Origin: a virus
Lineage: Duplodnaviria; Caudoviricetes
DNA length: 64,000 bases
Virus record (IMG/VR): IMGVR_UViG_3300046681_000151
Coordinates: 29,471-93,470 of that record
Direction: 5' to 3' (one strand)
Shown: positions 19,042 through 29,615 of the stretch, in pieces
How positions within the stretch are numbered: the stretch's first letter is position 1
Layout of the letters: each line of letters begins with the position of its first letter
Made by a program: the position numbers and the translations under genes
Notes under the pieces: model-generated
Told to the model about the DNA's origin: nothing
What the model saw: the letters and a program-made list of their open reading frames with translations, nothing else
The model's database searches: none

Positions 19042-19799
19042 ATCCCGATCACCAGCCAGTTCACTGTTGTTGCGCTCGTGTTTTGCCGGGTCAGCCACAC
19101 GGTGAGGCCGGTCGAGGTGGCGGAGGTGGCGCTCGTGCCGGTGACGCCGTTCGTGCCGGCCGTTGAGCCGGGCGCGGCGGTCTGGGCGCCGGAGAATCCA
19201 ATGAACGTGCTGCCCTTGAGGCTGAGCCCGGTGACGGTGGCGGAGGTCGGGGTGTTGGCGGCGCTCGGTGTGATGGCCACGCTGCCCCAGGCCAGGCTGC
19301 TCGCGGTGAGGACCCCGAGGATGTCCATGTTGCACTGGGTGCTGTTTTCGCCCTGCACGTAGACGTAGGGGTTGCCGCCCTCGAACGTGGACTCCAGCGT
19401 GAGCACGGCCCGGTGGGCGGTGGCGGCAACATTTCCGGAGGTCAGGATGAGGTCGGTGTACTGGAAGGCGTCCGAGTCATAGGTGATGCCCGCCGGGACG
19501 GCGACCTGCCCGTCCTCGACCGGCCGGAACTGCAGCTGCCCGGAGGACAGGTAGGCGGACATGTTGATCGGATCCTGAAGGCCGCGGGTCCACAGGCCGC
19601 CTCCGCCGTCGCCGCCGGTCTCCGGGCCCAGTTCTGCGAGAAGGGTCGTGCCGTCGTCCGCGTATACGCGGAGGGTGCCGACGGATGCGGCCGTCATGCG
19701 CCGGGCCGCCCGCATCTCGCGTACTTGCCCTTCCAGGGCCTGGATCCGCCGGGCCAGGGAGGTGGTGTCGGGCGGGAGCTGGTCGATCTGGCGGGGCAT
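19038..19799 (-). CDS. Minor tail protein
   Basis: LARRIQALEGQVREM N-terminal coil and beta-rich C-terminus; synteny. Confidence 0.75.
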   Translation of the reverse strand: MPRQIDQLPPDTTSLARRIQALEGQVREMRAARRMTAASVGTLRVYADDGTTLLAELGPETGGDGGGGLWTRGLQDPINMSAYLSSGQLQFRPVEDGQVAVPAGITYDSDAFQYTDLILTSGNVAATAHRAVLTLESTFEGGNPYVYVQGENSTQCNMDILGVLTASSLAWGSVAITPSAANTPTSATVTGLSLKGSTFIGFSGAQTAAPGSTAGTNGVTGTSATSATSTGLTVWLTRQNTSATTVNWLVIGI

Positions 19800-20882
19800 T
19801 CAGCTCTCCTCTACCAGGATGGGCCGGATCTTGTCGGCGCTCGGGTCGAGCTCCCAGGACCAGCAGCGGGCGACCAGGTTTGTGCCCTGCGGGTGCCGCG
19901 GTGAGCGTTCGACGGCCATGCGGACGGTGTCGCCGAGGAACCAGTCCCGGCCCAGGCGTGGGGCGCGGGATGCCACGGCCTCGATGGACCACACCCGGGC
20001 ACCTTGTTGCATGAGCGCCAAGGACTGCGTGGCGTGGGCGTCCAGTTGGTCGGGGTCGTCGATGCCCGTTGCGGGGGTGTAGCGGTATTCCCAGCGGGGC
20101 CATCCCGCGGCAATGAGTGCGGTCGCCACGTGCGGGCTGGAGGTGAGCCGGGATGATCCCTCACCCTCGCCGCGGGCGATGACGGCGGTGGCACCTTTGC
20201 CCTGCTCGTAGGACTCCGACAGTGCGTAGGACGAGACGCAGCCGGGGAAGTCGAAGGTGGCTTCCGGTGGGTTGGCCTGGGTGCCGACGGCCGCGCGGAC
20301 GCGCAGCGGGAACTGGAACCCCGTGTGCCCTGAATTCCACACAACGTCGATCGTCCACTCGGGGCCGCCGTCCAATGCCATGATCTCTTTGAGGCAGGCC
20401 AGGATCGTTTTGTCGTCGCCGTCCTGCGTCAGGTAGGTCATGGTGACGCCCGTGTTCGGCGCGTCGATGACGAACGGCGGCCCGTTCGTGAGTGCGGGCG
20501 TGACGAGTGCGGCGACGACAGCGGCCTGGTCGGCGCCGATGAGAGACTGGTCGCCGGGAAACCGGGAGTCGAGGTAGCTCTCCAGGGTGGCGGCCCCGAG
20601 TGATGCAGTCTGCGAGCTGCCGCCTTCGCGAGGCAGTACCGCACCCGCCCAGATCGGGGTGTCGGTGGCCGTGTCGACGGCCACCAGCATGGACTGGCCG
20701 GGTGTCGTGGCCGTATCCCAGCCGGTCGGGGCGCCGGGGATGTTGAGTTCGAACTGCAGCGTGGTCGAGTCGCCGAGCTTCCGCGTGAGCGCCCCGGTCG
20801 GCTTGAGCGAGCGGAGATCCTCGACGATGCCGCCGGAGGCCAGGTCGCAGCCGTACCAGGCGAGTTCGTAGGCCTGCGGCAT
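19800..20882 (-). CDS. Minor tail / baseplate hub protein
   Basis: MPQAYELAWYGCDL...LGRDWFLGDTV; synteny. Confidence 0.75.
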   Translation of the reverse strand: MPQAYELAWYGCDLASGGIVEDLRSLKPTGALTRKLGDSTTLQFELNIPGAPTGWDTATTPGQSMLVAVDTATDTPIWAGAVLPREGGSSQTASLGAATLESYLDSRFPGDQSLIGADQAAVVAALVTPALTNGPPFVIDAPNTGVTMTYLTQDGDDKTILACLKEIMALDGGPEWTIDVVWNSGHTGFQFPLRVRAAVGTQANPPEATFDFPGCVSSYALSESYEQGKGATAVIARGEGEGSSRLTSSPHVATALIAAGWPRWEYRYTPATGIDDPDQLDAHATQSLALMQQGARVWSIEAVASRAPRLGRDWFLGDTVRMAVERSPRHPQGTNLVARCWSWELDPSADKIRPILVEES

Positions 20883-21913
20883 CAGGTGGCCGACTCGTAG
20901 GTGCCGGTGATGCGCAGCTGGGAGCCGTTGGCGAACGTCTCGGGAACGGTCGGGCTCATCTGGGTGATGCGCACGTTCGTGGTGGAGATGTTCAGGAACG
21001 GCGAGGTGGTGGTGGCGGTCGGTGAGATGACTGTTTCGCCCTGCCACCGGTCGGTGCCGAGGAACTGGACGGCGCCGATCATGCTGCATCCGACGTTTGC
21101 CGCCGTCGCGGGAAGGGCGAAGGAGTAGCCGCCCGCGCCGAACGTTGTCGTGCTGCCGGGGATCAGGTTGATGTGGAAGGTGACCTGGCGTCCGATTTTG
21201 TTGTAGCGGCCGACCAGGGTGCCGTTGCCGAGTGCCGGGTTCGTCGTCGCCGCTGTCCATGTCGGCGTGTATGACGTCCAGGCGCCCGACACCTTGAAGT
21301 AGGTGTCCCAGGAGGAGCCGTTCCAGCGGAGCAGGTCGGTGCCGTTGTCGTAGAACTGGCCCGTGTAGGGGCTCGCCGGCGCGGTCGCCGACGGGAGGAT
21401 GCCGCCCGGCGCCACCGTGTACGGCCGGACCGCCGTACTCACGGAGGCGGTGCTGCCGTTGGACACCGACAGCACGGTGATGTTGGCGAGCGGCAGGTAG
21501 ATCTGCGTGCCCGCCGGTGTCGGGGCGACCGGGGAGGCGGACGGAGTGCCGGCCAGGTAGACGATGTCGGCCTTGTTCAGGCCGGAGGCGTCCACGCTGT
21601 TGTCCCACACCCGCAGGTAGACGAGGTCGATCCTGTTGAGGGTGGCGTGCGCGGCCGTATAGGTGCCGGGTGATACCGACGACGGGAATGCTGCCCGGTA
21701 TACACCCTGGCCGGCATAGGCGACCGTGGCGACGCCCGCCGAACAGTTGATGGTGGTGCCGGCCAGAGTGACGGTGAGGCCCGGGTCGCCGGGGCGTACA
21801 CCCGATGTCGAGCCCAGGGCGCTGCCGTTGGCCATGACGAACATGGAGTCCGCGTTGCGGACTTCCAGGCCGGAGAACGCCAGTGTGTCGATGGCCCACA
21901 CGTCTACGGGCAC
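20882..21913 (-). CDS. Minor tail protein / receptor-binding candidate
   Basis: RIDLVYLRVWD, WTSYTPTW...GNGTLVGRY...YSFALP actinophage tail motifs. Confidence 0.78.
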   Translation of the reverse strand: MPVDVWAIDTLAFSGLEVRNADSMFVMANGSALGSTSGVRPGDPGLTVTLAGTTINCSAGVATVAYAGQGVYRAAFPSSVSPGTYTAAHATLNRIDLVYLRVWDNSVDASGLNKADIVYLAGTPSASPVAPTPAGTQIYLPLANITVLSVSNGSTASVSTAVRPYTVAPGGILPSATAPASPYTGQFYDNGTDLLRWNGSSWDTYFKVSGAWTSYTPTWTAATTNPALGNGTLVGRYNKIGRQVTFHINLIPGSTTTFGAGGYSFALPATAANVGCSMIGAVQFLGTDRWQGETVISPTATTTSPFLNISTTNVRITQMSPTVPETFANGSQLRITGTYESAT

Positions 21914-21923
21914 GGGGGCCTCC

Positions 21924-22796
21924 TCACATCCAGGCCGAGCGCCAGGTGGCGGTCAGCGTTGCGGTCGCGTTGTAAGTGCCGGACTGGAACTGGTAGTTGA
22001 CCGATGCGTTCGCCGGAATGGTGGGCCAGCCGGCCGACACGGTCACGAACCGGCGCCGGGAGACCGAGCCGTTGAGGATCACGGTGTGTGCGTCGGTGTC
22101 GATGGTGAGGACGTCGCCGCTGGCCAGCGTCAGGGAGTAGATGAGCTGGCGCACGGTGCCGTCCGGGTAGAGGGCGGAGATGGTGGGTGCGACCACGGGT
22201 CCGGCGATGGTCAGTACTGGCCGGGTGTCCATGGAGCCGGAGTTGACAGCGTTGATCTGACCGGACACGGTCGTCGCCGAGAACGTGATCGGGAAGGTGA
22301 TCGGGAAGGTGAGGCCGCCCGTCGTATTGGGCAGGCCTGTCGTACCGGACTGCAGGGTGGTGCTGTAGCGGCGTGGGTCCCCCGCCGTGACGAGCACGCT
22401 GTAGGTGGCGATGCGGTCGGTGACGTAGGCGAACAGCGGCTTCCCGGAGCGGCGCACCACTGCCTGTTTCGGCGATGTCAGCTCGTACACGACCAGTGTG
22501 GTGTCGGTCAGGGCAGCTGCGGTCCGCAGCTGCTCCAGCGCGCCCTCCAGGCTGGTGCGGTCCGGTGCGGTGACCGTGCCGGCCAGGGTGACGGGTCGCG
22601 AACCGAGGTAGACGGGGCTTGACCACGATCCGTGATCGGATTCCCGGTCGGTGTATTCGGCCCGGACCTCGGAGCCATCCCAGCCGTCCATGGACTGCAA
22701 CGCCCAGGCGACCCCGTTGGAGTCGACCCGGCCGAGCGGAATGGTCCCGAGGTCGGCCCAGACGCCGCCGAGGTCTTGTCCTGCCGTGAACGGCAC
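21924..22796 (-). CDS. Distal tail protein (Dit)
   Basis: Follows TMP; AGDPRRYS...C-terminal WRSAWM. Confidence 0.82.
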   Translation of the reverse strand: MPFTAGQDLGGVWADLGTIPLGRVDSNGVAWALQSMDGWDGSEVRAEYTDRESDHGSWSSPVYLGSRPVTLAGTVTAPDRTSLEGALEQLRTAAALTDTTLVVYELTSPKQAVVRRSGKPLFAYVTDRIATYSVLVTAGDPRRYSTTLQSGTTGLPNTTGGLTFPITFPITFSATTVSGQINAVNSGSMDTRPVLTIAGPVVAPTISALYPDGTVRQLIYSLTLASGDVLTIDTDAHTVILNGSVSRRRFVTVSAGWPTIPANASVNYQFQSGTYNATATLTATWRSAWM

Positions 22797-22811
22797 CCCT
22801 CCCCCTCCCTG

Positions 22812-25800
22812 TCAGCCGACGAATGCCATGTGGCGGGCGATGTCCTGCGCCTGCTCCGCCGACGTCTGCTTGGCGCCGTACAGGTTGATCTCGATGTTCT
22901 TCGTGACCTCCCGCGCCATGGCCGCGGCAGACGACCCCGCCGCCCACCTGCTGGCGGGCACCAGGTGGTAGCCGAGCGCTGCCGCAGAGGCTGCGAGCAG
23001 GGCCCGGCTGCGGGCGGTCTGAGCGAGCGGGATGAACGCCTCCGGGATGCCGGCCTCGCCGGCGAGGACCGGGGTGGCCTTGGTGAGGATTCCTCCGGCA
23101 GCCATCGCCGTGCCGCCCTGGGCTACCCACTGCCGCACGAACGTCGCCTTGTTGGCGTCCGGAAGTGCGCCGATCTGCTTGGTCATTTTCGGCACCAGCG
23201 CCTTGATGACGTCAGTGCCGAGGCCTGCCGCGATCAGATCCGCGTAGCCGCGGCCCGTGCCGCCCCGCAGCGTCGATAGCAGGATCAGCGAGTTCGTCAG
23301 GTCGTCGCCGGTGAGCGTTGCCTGCGCCTTGTCCACGCTCTTGTTGGCGGCCGAGGCCGACTTGCTGTTGCCTGCCGCTTCGTGCGCGAGTGCCTGCGCA
23401 TTGGAGTCGCCTTGCGCGGCGAGGGCCTGGGCTAGGTCTCCGAAGCCCTCGGCAGCCAGCTTCTGCAGGTCGGCGGCGAACTGCTGGTTCTGCTGGGTTG
23501 CTCCGCCGAGCTGCTTCTCGAAGTCAGCGAGGGTCGCTTTCGCGACGTCCCCGGTCTTCTGCAGCTTTTTGACGATGTCGTCGAACTGCTTCGTCGACGC
23601 TCCGGCCAGCGAGTTGACGAGGGCGTAGCCGTCCTGGCCCATGTTCTCCAGGAGGGATTCGACTTCGGCGCCACCCCGCTTGGAGATCTTCGACAGGTTG
23701 GTGCGCCACTTGTCCGTTGCCGCGACGGACGCGTTGAGCTGCTTCTCGTAGGCCTTCAGGTCGAAGCCAGTCGGGGCCTTCGCGCCCCTCTTCACCCCGA
23801 GGGCCGAATCCGCGGCGTACACCTTCTGCCGGTCGGCACTGACCGTCTTGTCTCTGGCCTTCTTCGCCGACCGCGCCTTGTCGACGCGGTCCTGGGCGGC
23901 CCGCAGCTGGGCGGCCGTGTGGTGCTCGTGCCGCACCCTGGACAGGTTCTTCTCGGCTGCGGTGAGGCTGTCGGCGGCCTTCTTCTGTTCTTTCAGCGCC
24001 GTGTTGAGGACACCCCAGGCGTCCTTCAGGCGCTGAACGTCCTGGTCGTAGCGCGACTTGGCATCCGAGGGGCCGCCGAGCACCGGCTGGCCGCTCGGTG
24101 TGTAGGTGAATCCGCTCAAGCCGCCGTTGGCGTACCAGGCGACAGCCCCGCCGAGCCGGCTGACGGTCTGCGCGGCGATCTGCCGGGAGCGGCCACGCTT
24201 CGCCGGATTGAGGGGAATGTAGGCCTCGTCCCCGGCCTCATCCTCCGCCCACACCCGATAGGTGCCCTTGCGGGCGATCTGGGCGACATGGTTTTCGCGC
24301 ATGCCACCGTCGGCGTAAAAGCTGACGATGCCGCCATCGGCCTTGCCGACGACCTCGTGGACGGACTTCGATGTCGTCGTCACGATCGAGTTGACGTAGT
24401 TGGTGACCGTTTTGCCGTGCAGGTTGTTGATGTAGCGCTGGATTGCGGCGGCTGCCGCTGCCGGGCCGCCGGTTGGCAGGGTCACCCTGATCTGGCGGTT
24501 CGGGAGCCTCTGCACCTTGAAGCCCAGACTCGTCAGGGCGCTCTGTGCCGCACCGGTCAGCGCACCAATGGTGACCGACTTCCCCTTGGTCCCTGCCACC
24601 TTCTGCCTGACGGCCTCCAAAGCCGCCATGGCGCTCGCGGTTTTGGCGTCGACGCCCACCGCCTTGGACGGCAGCTTCTTGGCGATCAGAGCATCCAGGG
24701 CGGCGGCGGCCTTCCCTGTCGGGGCAGTGATCTCCATCTGGCGGCCACCGGGCAAGGTCTTCACCTTGAAGCCGACGTCCTCAATGTCCTTCTTCGCCTC
24801 GGCAGTCAGCGCCGACACCCGGATCGTGGACCCCTTCGGCATGTGACCGGCCAGGCCCTGCACATACAGCAGCTGCTTCTGGGTGGCCGACAGCCCAGGG
24901 GTGGACATGGTGATGGCCAGCGACGACGGGATGAACCCCATCTGTGCCGCCAGCACCTTGGCCTGGTCCGCGGTGAGCCCGAACTTCTGGCCTGCCGTGA
25001 CCGCGGCCTTCCATGACGTCTCCATGTGCGCCTCGGCCTGCTTCAAGGCCGGGACGACGCCCTCATTGTTGGCGCGCGCGAAATCGTAGGTCGACTGCGC
25101 CGCTCCGGCCGTCTGCTCGTTCAGGGCCTGCAGCTTGGTCCACAGGCTCTGCCCGTTCTCCGACGTCGTGTTGAGCGATCCGTCGACCTGCAGCAGGGCC
25201 TTCCCGTAGCCGTGGGACTTGTCGACGCCGTCCTTGTAGCTGCCGTTCAGGTCGAGAATCGCCTGGTTCATGGTGGCGACTGCGGCCTGCACGTCGAGTT
25301 CGCCGCCCGAGAGCAGGTCGAGGGCGGTGTGCAGGGCCCGCGCCTTTGTGTCCGCATCCGATGCGGAGTCACCGAGGGTCTTGATGGCGGTCTGCAGGCG
25401 GCCGGTGGGGTCCGTGGCGTCCAGCGCTGCGGCGCCCGAGCCCTTCACTGCGGCGGCAAGGTCGGCCTGCTTCTTCTTGGCGGTGCCGAACTCGCCGGAC
25501 AGACTCCCGAGAGCGTCAGCCGCGTCCTTGTAGGCCTGCCCCTGCTCGGTGAACGCCACCTTGCGGCCACTCTTGCCGGACGCAACCCACTCCCGGTTCG
25601 CGTTGGCCGCGGTAAGGAGCTTCTTCTGAAGCGTGTCGATGCTCGTGCCCTGCCCCAGATATGCGTCTGTGAGCTGGCTGGTGCCCACGCCTGCCTCATG
25701 CATCACGTTGAGGAGCTGGGTTTTGCCGTCCTTCAGCTTCGCGTCCGCGAGGGTCTGTACGGCGGCAGCACGAACCGAGCCGTCCGCCAGACCGGCGGAC

Positions 25801-28100
25801 GCTGCCAGCGCCTGGGTGAGGCTGGAGATCCGCTGCTGGTGAGCGGCAGCGGCAGCAGCGGCCTCCTGCTGCTTGCGGGCCAGCATGTCCAAGCCGATCA
25901 TGGCGCCTGCGATGGCGATACCCCACGGGCCGCCGAGGAATCCGTACAGTCCGCGCATGCCGCCCATGAGTCCGCGCCCGACACCGGTACCGATGGCGGC
26001 CATTGCGCCGCCCGCGGCGGACCGGAAGCCTACGAGGCGCCCGCCGGCTTCCTGAATGCCGGTGGAGGCGTTGCGGAAGCTGTTGCCCATTGCGGCGATC
26101 GTCGGGGAGCGTGCTTCCAGTGAGGCGAGCCCGGCACCCCAGTGCCCCAGCGATACCCCGGCCCGGGCGGCGAGGATCGTCTGCGTCTGCATGGCGCCGC
26201 GCACGCCGTTGAAGGAGCCGACTGCGGAGCGGCCGTAGCCGACGACGGCCTGCTGCATGCCTTGGATCTGACTGCGGAACGGACGCATTGCGAGCATCGA
26301 CAGCACGGCCAGCTGCATCGGGCCGGGCAGTCCGGCGAAGGCGTGGGCGATGCCGCCCACCAGTGCACCGATGGGCCGCAGGATGCCGGACATGTCGCCG
26401 ATCAGGCCGACGCCGACCTGCAGCCGGCCTGTGGCCACGCCGAGGGCGCCCGCCCCCGAGGAGACGGATGTGAGCAGGTCATGCATGCCGCCGACGAGCG
26501 GCGCGGCTGCAGCGCCGGCATTGGAGAGCACCTTCTCCAGCGACTGCACGGAGGTGATGGCCAGCGGCACGGCAGCGACGAGCGCCCCGCTGAGCGCCGC
26601 CTTCACCGGATTTGCCAGGCTCGCGGCTGCCTTGCCGATGCCGCTCGACGCCGCATGCAGCTTGGCCTCGACCGATGGCCCGTAGATGTCCCACAGATCT
26701 CCGGCGATACGGATGCCGGACTTGATGTAGGGGATGGCGTCCGAGACGCCCTTCGACATCGACCGGGTGATCTTCTCCAGGCCGGGCGCGACGCCCAAGT
26801 ACACCTGGAGGAAGGCGGATTGGAGCTGCTTGCCGAGGCCGCGCATGGCGCCGCCCAGGCCTTTCGACTCGGCCGCCGCCAGGGCTGCGGCGCCACCCAC
26901 ACGGCCCACCTGGACGCCGAACTGCTGGAATGCGGTGCCGCCCTGGTGGGCGAGCGCCACCATGCCCGCAAGGGCGGGTTTGCCGAACGCCATCGCGGCG
27001 GCTGCCGTGAACTGCTGTGTCGTCAGGTGGTGGGAGGCGTCGCCGAGTTGCGTGATGACGTACTGGAGGCCCTTGAAGTTGCCCTTGCTGTCGAACGCTT
27101 CAATGCCGAGTTCGTGCAGGCCCTTCGAGGCGAGTTTCGTCGGCTTCGCCATGTTGACCAGCGCCGAACGCAGGGCTGTACCGGCGGTTTCGCCGATGAT
27201 GCCGGACTTGCCGAGCAGGCCGACCGCGGTGGCGGTGTCCTTGATGGAGATGCCCATGGTGTGGGCGATGGGGCCCACGTATTTCATCGCGTAGTAGATG
27301 TCCATGAGTTCGCCGGACGCCGAGTTCGACGTGTTGGCGAGGACATCCGCTACGTGGGTCGCTTCGGTGGACTTGAGGGCGAACTGGTCCATGATGTCGC
27401 CCTCGATTTTCGCCGCTGTTGCGACGTCAGTTCGAGCGGCGGCAGAGAGCTGGATGGTGCCTCGGGCGGCCCGGATGGCGTCCTGCGCCGACAGGCCCGC
27501 CTTCGCCAGCTCGACCATCGCGTCAGCGGCCTCAGCCGCGTTCGCCGACGGCAGTTTCATGTCCGCGCCGAGGGCCTGCGCTTCACGGCCTGCCGACGAC
27601 ATCTGTGCCCCTGAGGCCCGTGTGACCTCAAGGAACTTGTTCATCGCGTCGGTGTATTCGTTGCCCGCGTGGACGATGTCGTGCAGGCCGAACAGGATCG
27701 CGCCGCCCGCCAGGAGCGCGCCGAGATGCTTGACGGGGCCGAGGACGGATTCGACGCCGGAGCGCACCGAGCCCATGCCGTTGCGGGCCGCCGAGCCCAT
27801 ACGTCCGAAGGCTGCGGGCGCGAGCGCGGTCTCGTCTCGCATCGCTCGCGTGCCGCGGCTGGCAGCCAGCGCTGCGGCCTCGCCCTCCCGGACGCCTGCC
27901 GCGCCGCCGCGCGCACCCGCGCCCATGGCCGTCAGCCCGGCGCGGGCCGCTGCCCCGTCTGCGCCGAGGGCCCGGATGCCGCGCCCGGCAACCAGGGAGG
28001 CTTCCCCGAGGGCGAGGAGTTCGCCGGTGCCGGTGCGGACGATGGTGCCGAAGCCGGGCATCTCGGCGATGACGCGAACGCGCACGGTACGGTCGGTCAC
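22812..28100 (-). CDS. Tape measure protein
   Basis: 1762 aa, Ala/Gly-rich; TP901-type core (ELAKAG, AGTALRSAL, KGLHELGI); ADGG...AE...EAYIPL motifs. Confidence 0.95.
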   Translation of the reverse strand: MTDRTVRVRVIAEMPGFGTIVRTGTGELLALGEASLVAGRGIRALGADGAAARAGLTAMGAGARGGAAGVREGEAAALAASRGTRAMRDETALAPAAFGRMGSAARNGMGSVRSGVESVLGPVKHLGALLAGGAILFGLHDIVHAGNEYTDAMNKFLEVTRASGAQMSSAGREAQALGADMKLPSANAAEAADAMVELAKAGLSAQDAIRAARGTIQLSAAARTDVATAAKIEGDIMDQFALKSTEATHVADVLANTSNSASGELMDIYYAMKYVGPIAHTMGISIKDTATAVGLLGKSGIIGETAGTALRSALVNMAKPTKLASKGLHELGIEAFDSKGNFKGLQYVITQLGDASHHLTTQQFTAAAAMAFGKPALAGMVALAHQGGTAFQQFGVQVGRVGGAAALAAAESKGLGGAMRGLGKQLQSAFLQVYLGVAPGLEKITRSMSKGVSDAIPYIKSGIRIAGDLWDIYGPSVEAKLHAASSGIGKAAASLANPVKAALSGALVAAVPLAITSVQSLEKVLSNAGAAAAPLVGGMHDLLTSVSSGAGALGVATGRLQVGVGLIGDMSGILRPIGALVGGIAHAFAGLPGPMQLAVLSMLAMRPFRSQIQGMQQAVVGYGRSAVGSFNGVRGAMQTQTILAARAGVSLGHWGAGLASLEARSPTIAAMGNSFRNASTGIQEAGGRLVGFRSAAGGAMAAIGTGVGRGLMGGMRGLYGFLGGPWGIAIAGAMIGLDMLARKQQEAAAAAAAHQQRISSLTQALAASAGLADGSVRAAAVQTLADAKLKDGKTQLLNVMHEAGVGTSQLTDAYLGQGTSIDTLQKKLLTAANANREWVASGKSGRKVAFTEQGQAYKDAADALGSLSGEFGTAKKKQADLAAAVKGSGAAALDATDPTGRLQTAIKTLGDSASDADTKARALHTALDLLSGGELDVQAAVATMNQAILDLNGSYKDGVDKSHGYGKALLQVDGSLNTTSENGQSLWTKLQALNEQTAGAAQSTYDFARANNEGVVPALKQAEAHMETSWKAAVTAGQKFGLTADQAKVLAAQMGFIPSSLAITMSTPGLSATQKQLLYVQGLAGHMPKGSTIRVSALTAEAKKDIEDVGFKVKTLPGGRQMEITAPTGKAAAALDALIAKKLPSKAVGVDAKTASAMAALEAVRQKVAGTKGKSVTIGALTGAAQSALTSLGFKVQRLPNRQIRVTLPTGGPAAAAAAIQRYINNLHGKTVTNYVNSIVTTTSKSVHEVVGKADGGIVSFYADGGMRENHVAQIARKGTYRVWAEDEAGDEAYIPLNPAKRGRSRQIAAQTVSRLGGAVAWYANGGLSGFTYTPSGQPVLGGPSDAKSRYDQDVQRLKDAWGVLNTALKEQKKAADSLTAAEKNLSRVRHEHHTAAQLRAAQDRVDKARSAKKARDKTVSADRQKVYAADSALGVKRGAKAPTGFDLKAYEKQLNASVAATDKWRTNLSKISKRGGAEVESLLENMGQDGYALVNSLAGASTKQFDDIVKKLQKTGDVAKATLADFEKQLGGATQQNQQFAADLQKLAAEGFGDLAQALAAQGDSNAQALAHEAAGNSKSASAANKSVDKAQATLTGDDLTNSLILLSTLRGGTGRGYADLIAAGLGTDVIKALVPKMTKQIGALPDANKATFVRQWVAQGGTAMAAGGILTKATPVLAGEAGIPEAFIPLAQTARSRALLAASAAALGYHLVPASRWAAGSSAAAMAREVTKNIEINLYGAKQTSAEQAQDIARHMAFVG

Positions 28101-28165
28101 GGCAGCCCCCGATCTTCAGTTGTGGAGGCGTGCACACGCTGAGCGCCGTGCGGGAGGATTGCGGT

Positions 28166-28594
28166 ATGGACGATCTGGTGCGGTGGCTTGGCGAGCAGTT
28201 CGACGAGGATGAGCGGATCGCGCAGGCGTTGAACCCGGACCCGGTGGCCTCGATGTCCCGAAAGTTTGAGACCGACGCATTGCGCCTGCGGGACGAATTG
28301 AAGCAAGGCAAGTCCGACCGCGTTCCGTATGACGAGGGCCAGTCGGATGCGCTGCACTGGGCGTCGGTCGTCCTGCCGGAGCGGATGCCGCCGCTGTCGC
28401 CGTTCGGTCAGGCGCGAATCTTGCGGGAGATCGACGCCAAGCGACAACTCGTTAAGCAGTACGAGCGCGCACTGAAGAACCGCCGCGCTCACCCGGACGA
28501 CCTCGCGTCCGCTGGCGGACTCCTCGCGCTGCACGGGGCCGTCAAGCTGCTCGCTCTGCCCTATGCGGACCGCCCCGGCTACCGCGAGGAGTAG
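28166..28594 (+). CDS. DUF6221-like protein, antisense insert in the tail operon
   Basis: MDDLVRWLGEQFDEDERIA...RILREIDAKRQLV...LLALPYADRPGYREE. Confidence 0.8.
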   Translation: MDDLVRWLGEQFDEDERIAQALNPDPVASMSRKFETDALRLRDELKQGKSDRVPYDEGQSDALHWASVVLPERMPPLSPFGQARILREIDAKRQLVKQYERALKNRRAHPDDLASAGGLLALHGAVKLLALPYADRPGYREE

Positions 28595-28610
28595 CGGCCA
28601 TGGCTCAACG

Positions 28611-29213
28611 TCAGCCGGTGGCCATCCCGAAGGAGCGCAGGATGTCGGCGGCGGCCTGCGAGGGTGGCCCGAGTTCGCCGGACTGGAACTGGAGCTGCAG
28701 CGCCGCGTTCCACAGCCGCAGCAACTGCCCGTCAGACAGGTGGTCCCAGAACTCGGCGAACTCCGCCTGGTCGGCAGGCTTGGGCTCGACCAGTTGGGCC
28801 TCGACGAGCGCCGGGGCGAACGAGTCCGGATCGAACGCAGGTTCCTCATTGCTGCCGCTCGCGGCGGCGGACTCGGTCTGCTCCTTCGTCGGCGGATGCT
28901 CCGCCCGCAGGGCCTGATACGCCCGGTGCGTGATCGCTTCGAGGGTGAAGCGCACCCGGGACTCCTCGGCCCGCGCCTCCACCTCCTGCAGCTGCTTCGC
29001 GACGTCACGGGCCGTCTCCGTGCCGTGCGTCTCATCGTGACGCTGCGCCCGCTCCAGCAGAGTGTCGAACGCGTCGAGTTCTGCGGACGCCGTCGAATCC
29101 ATGATGAGTTCGACGACCCGCCGGGGCCGCTGAATCTTGGCGCGGACGTCAGCAAACGTCAGCGCGGGCTTCGCCGCCCGACGCGCGGGCGGCTTCCTGC
29201 TCGAAGTGGTCAT
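28611..29213 (-). CDS. Second tail assembly chaperone-like protein
   Basis: FTLEAITHRAYQALRAEHPP, similar to 29968..30444. Confidence 0.65.
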   Translation of the reverse strand: MTTSSRKPPARRAAKPALTFADVRAKIQRPRRVVELIMDSTASAELDAFDTLLERAQRHDETHGTETARDVAKQLQEVEARAEESRVRFTLEAITHRAYQALRAEHPPTKEQTESAAASGSNEEPAFDPDSFAPALVEAQLVEPKPADQAEFAEFWDHLSDGQLLRLWNAALQLQFQSGELGPPSQAAADILRSFGMATG

Positions 29214-29237
29214 GGGTTCCCTGTCCTTCACGTGCTT

Positions 29238-29615
29238 CTACATGGCCTGATGCACGGCAATTTCGATGCCGGTGACCAGGTCTTCGGCGTTCGCATCCAG
29301 TGCGGGGCCGAGGTGTGGAATGGGTGCGTTCTTGCTGGTGCCGTACTCGATGATGTTTCCGAGCGGGCCCTGGGACCGCCCCTTGTCCGGGCCGATCTCG
29401 CCCTCGACGCCCACGGGCGTGACCTTGACGTCGTAGGTGATCGAATACGGGTAGGCGGGCAGGTACTTGTGGCCCCGGATCCGGTTGCGCGCGTCATCCC
29501 GCACCTTCTGTGAGGTCACCTTCACGGCCTTCCCGACGTTCACCCTCAGCCGCTCCGCGAAGACCCCCAGGTCGTCCACGACCACGGTTAGGCCGATCAC
29601 GTCGATACCAGCCAT
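29238..29615 (-). CDS. HK97 gp10-like tail completion protein
   Basis: GNIIEYGTSKNAPIPHLGPAL motif. Confidence 0.8.
   Translation of the reverse strand: MAGIDVIGLTVVVDDLGVFAERLRVNVGKAVKVTSQKVRDDARNRIRGHKYLPAYPYSITYDVKVTPVGVEGEIGPDKGRSQGPLGNIIEYGTSKNAPIPHLGPALDANAEDLVTGIEIAVHQAM

Noticed and set aside
19800-21899. 699-aa ORF as a single gene
   Set aside because: The N-terminal half overlaps 20882-21913 in another frame; the real start is ATG 20882
18835-21913. DGR or invertible tail-fibre switch driven by the second recombinase
   Set aside because: No reverse transcriptase, template repeat or inverted tail cassettes seen
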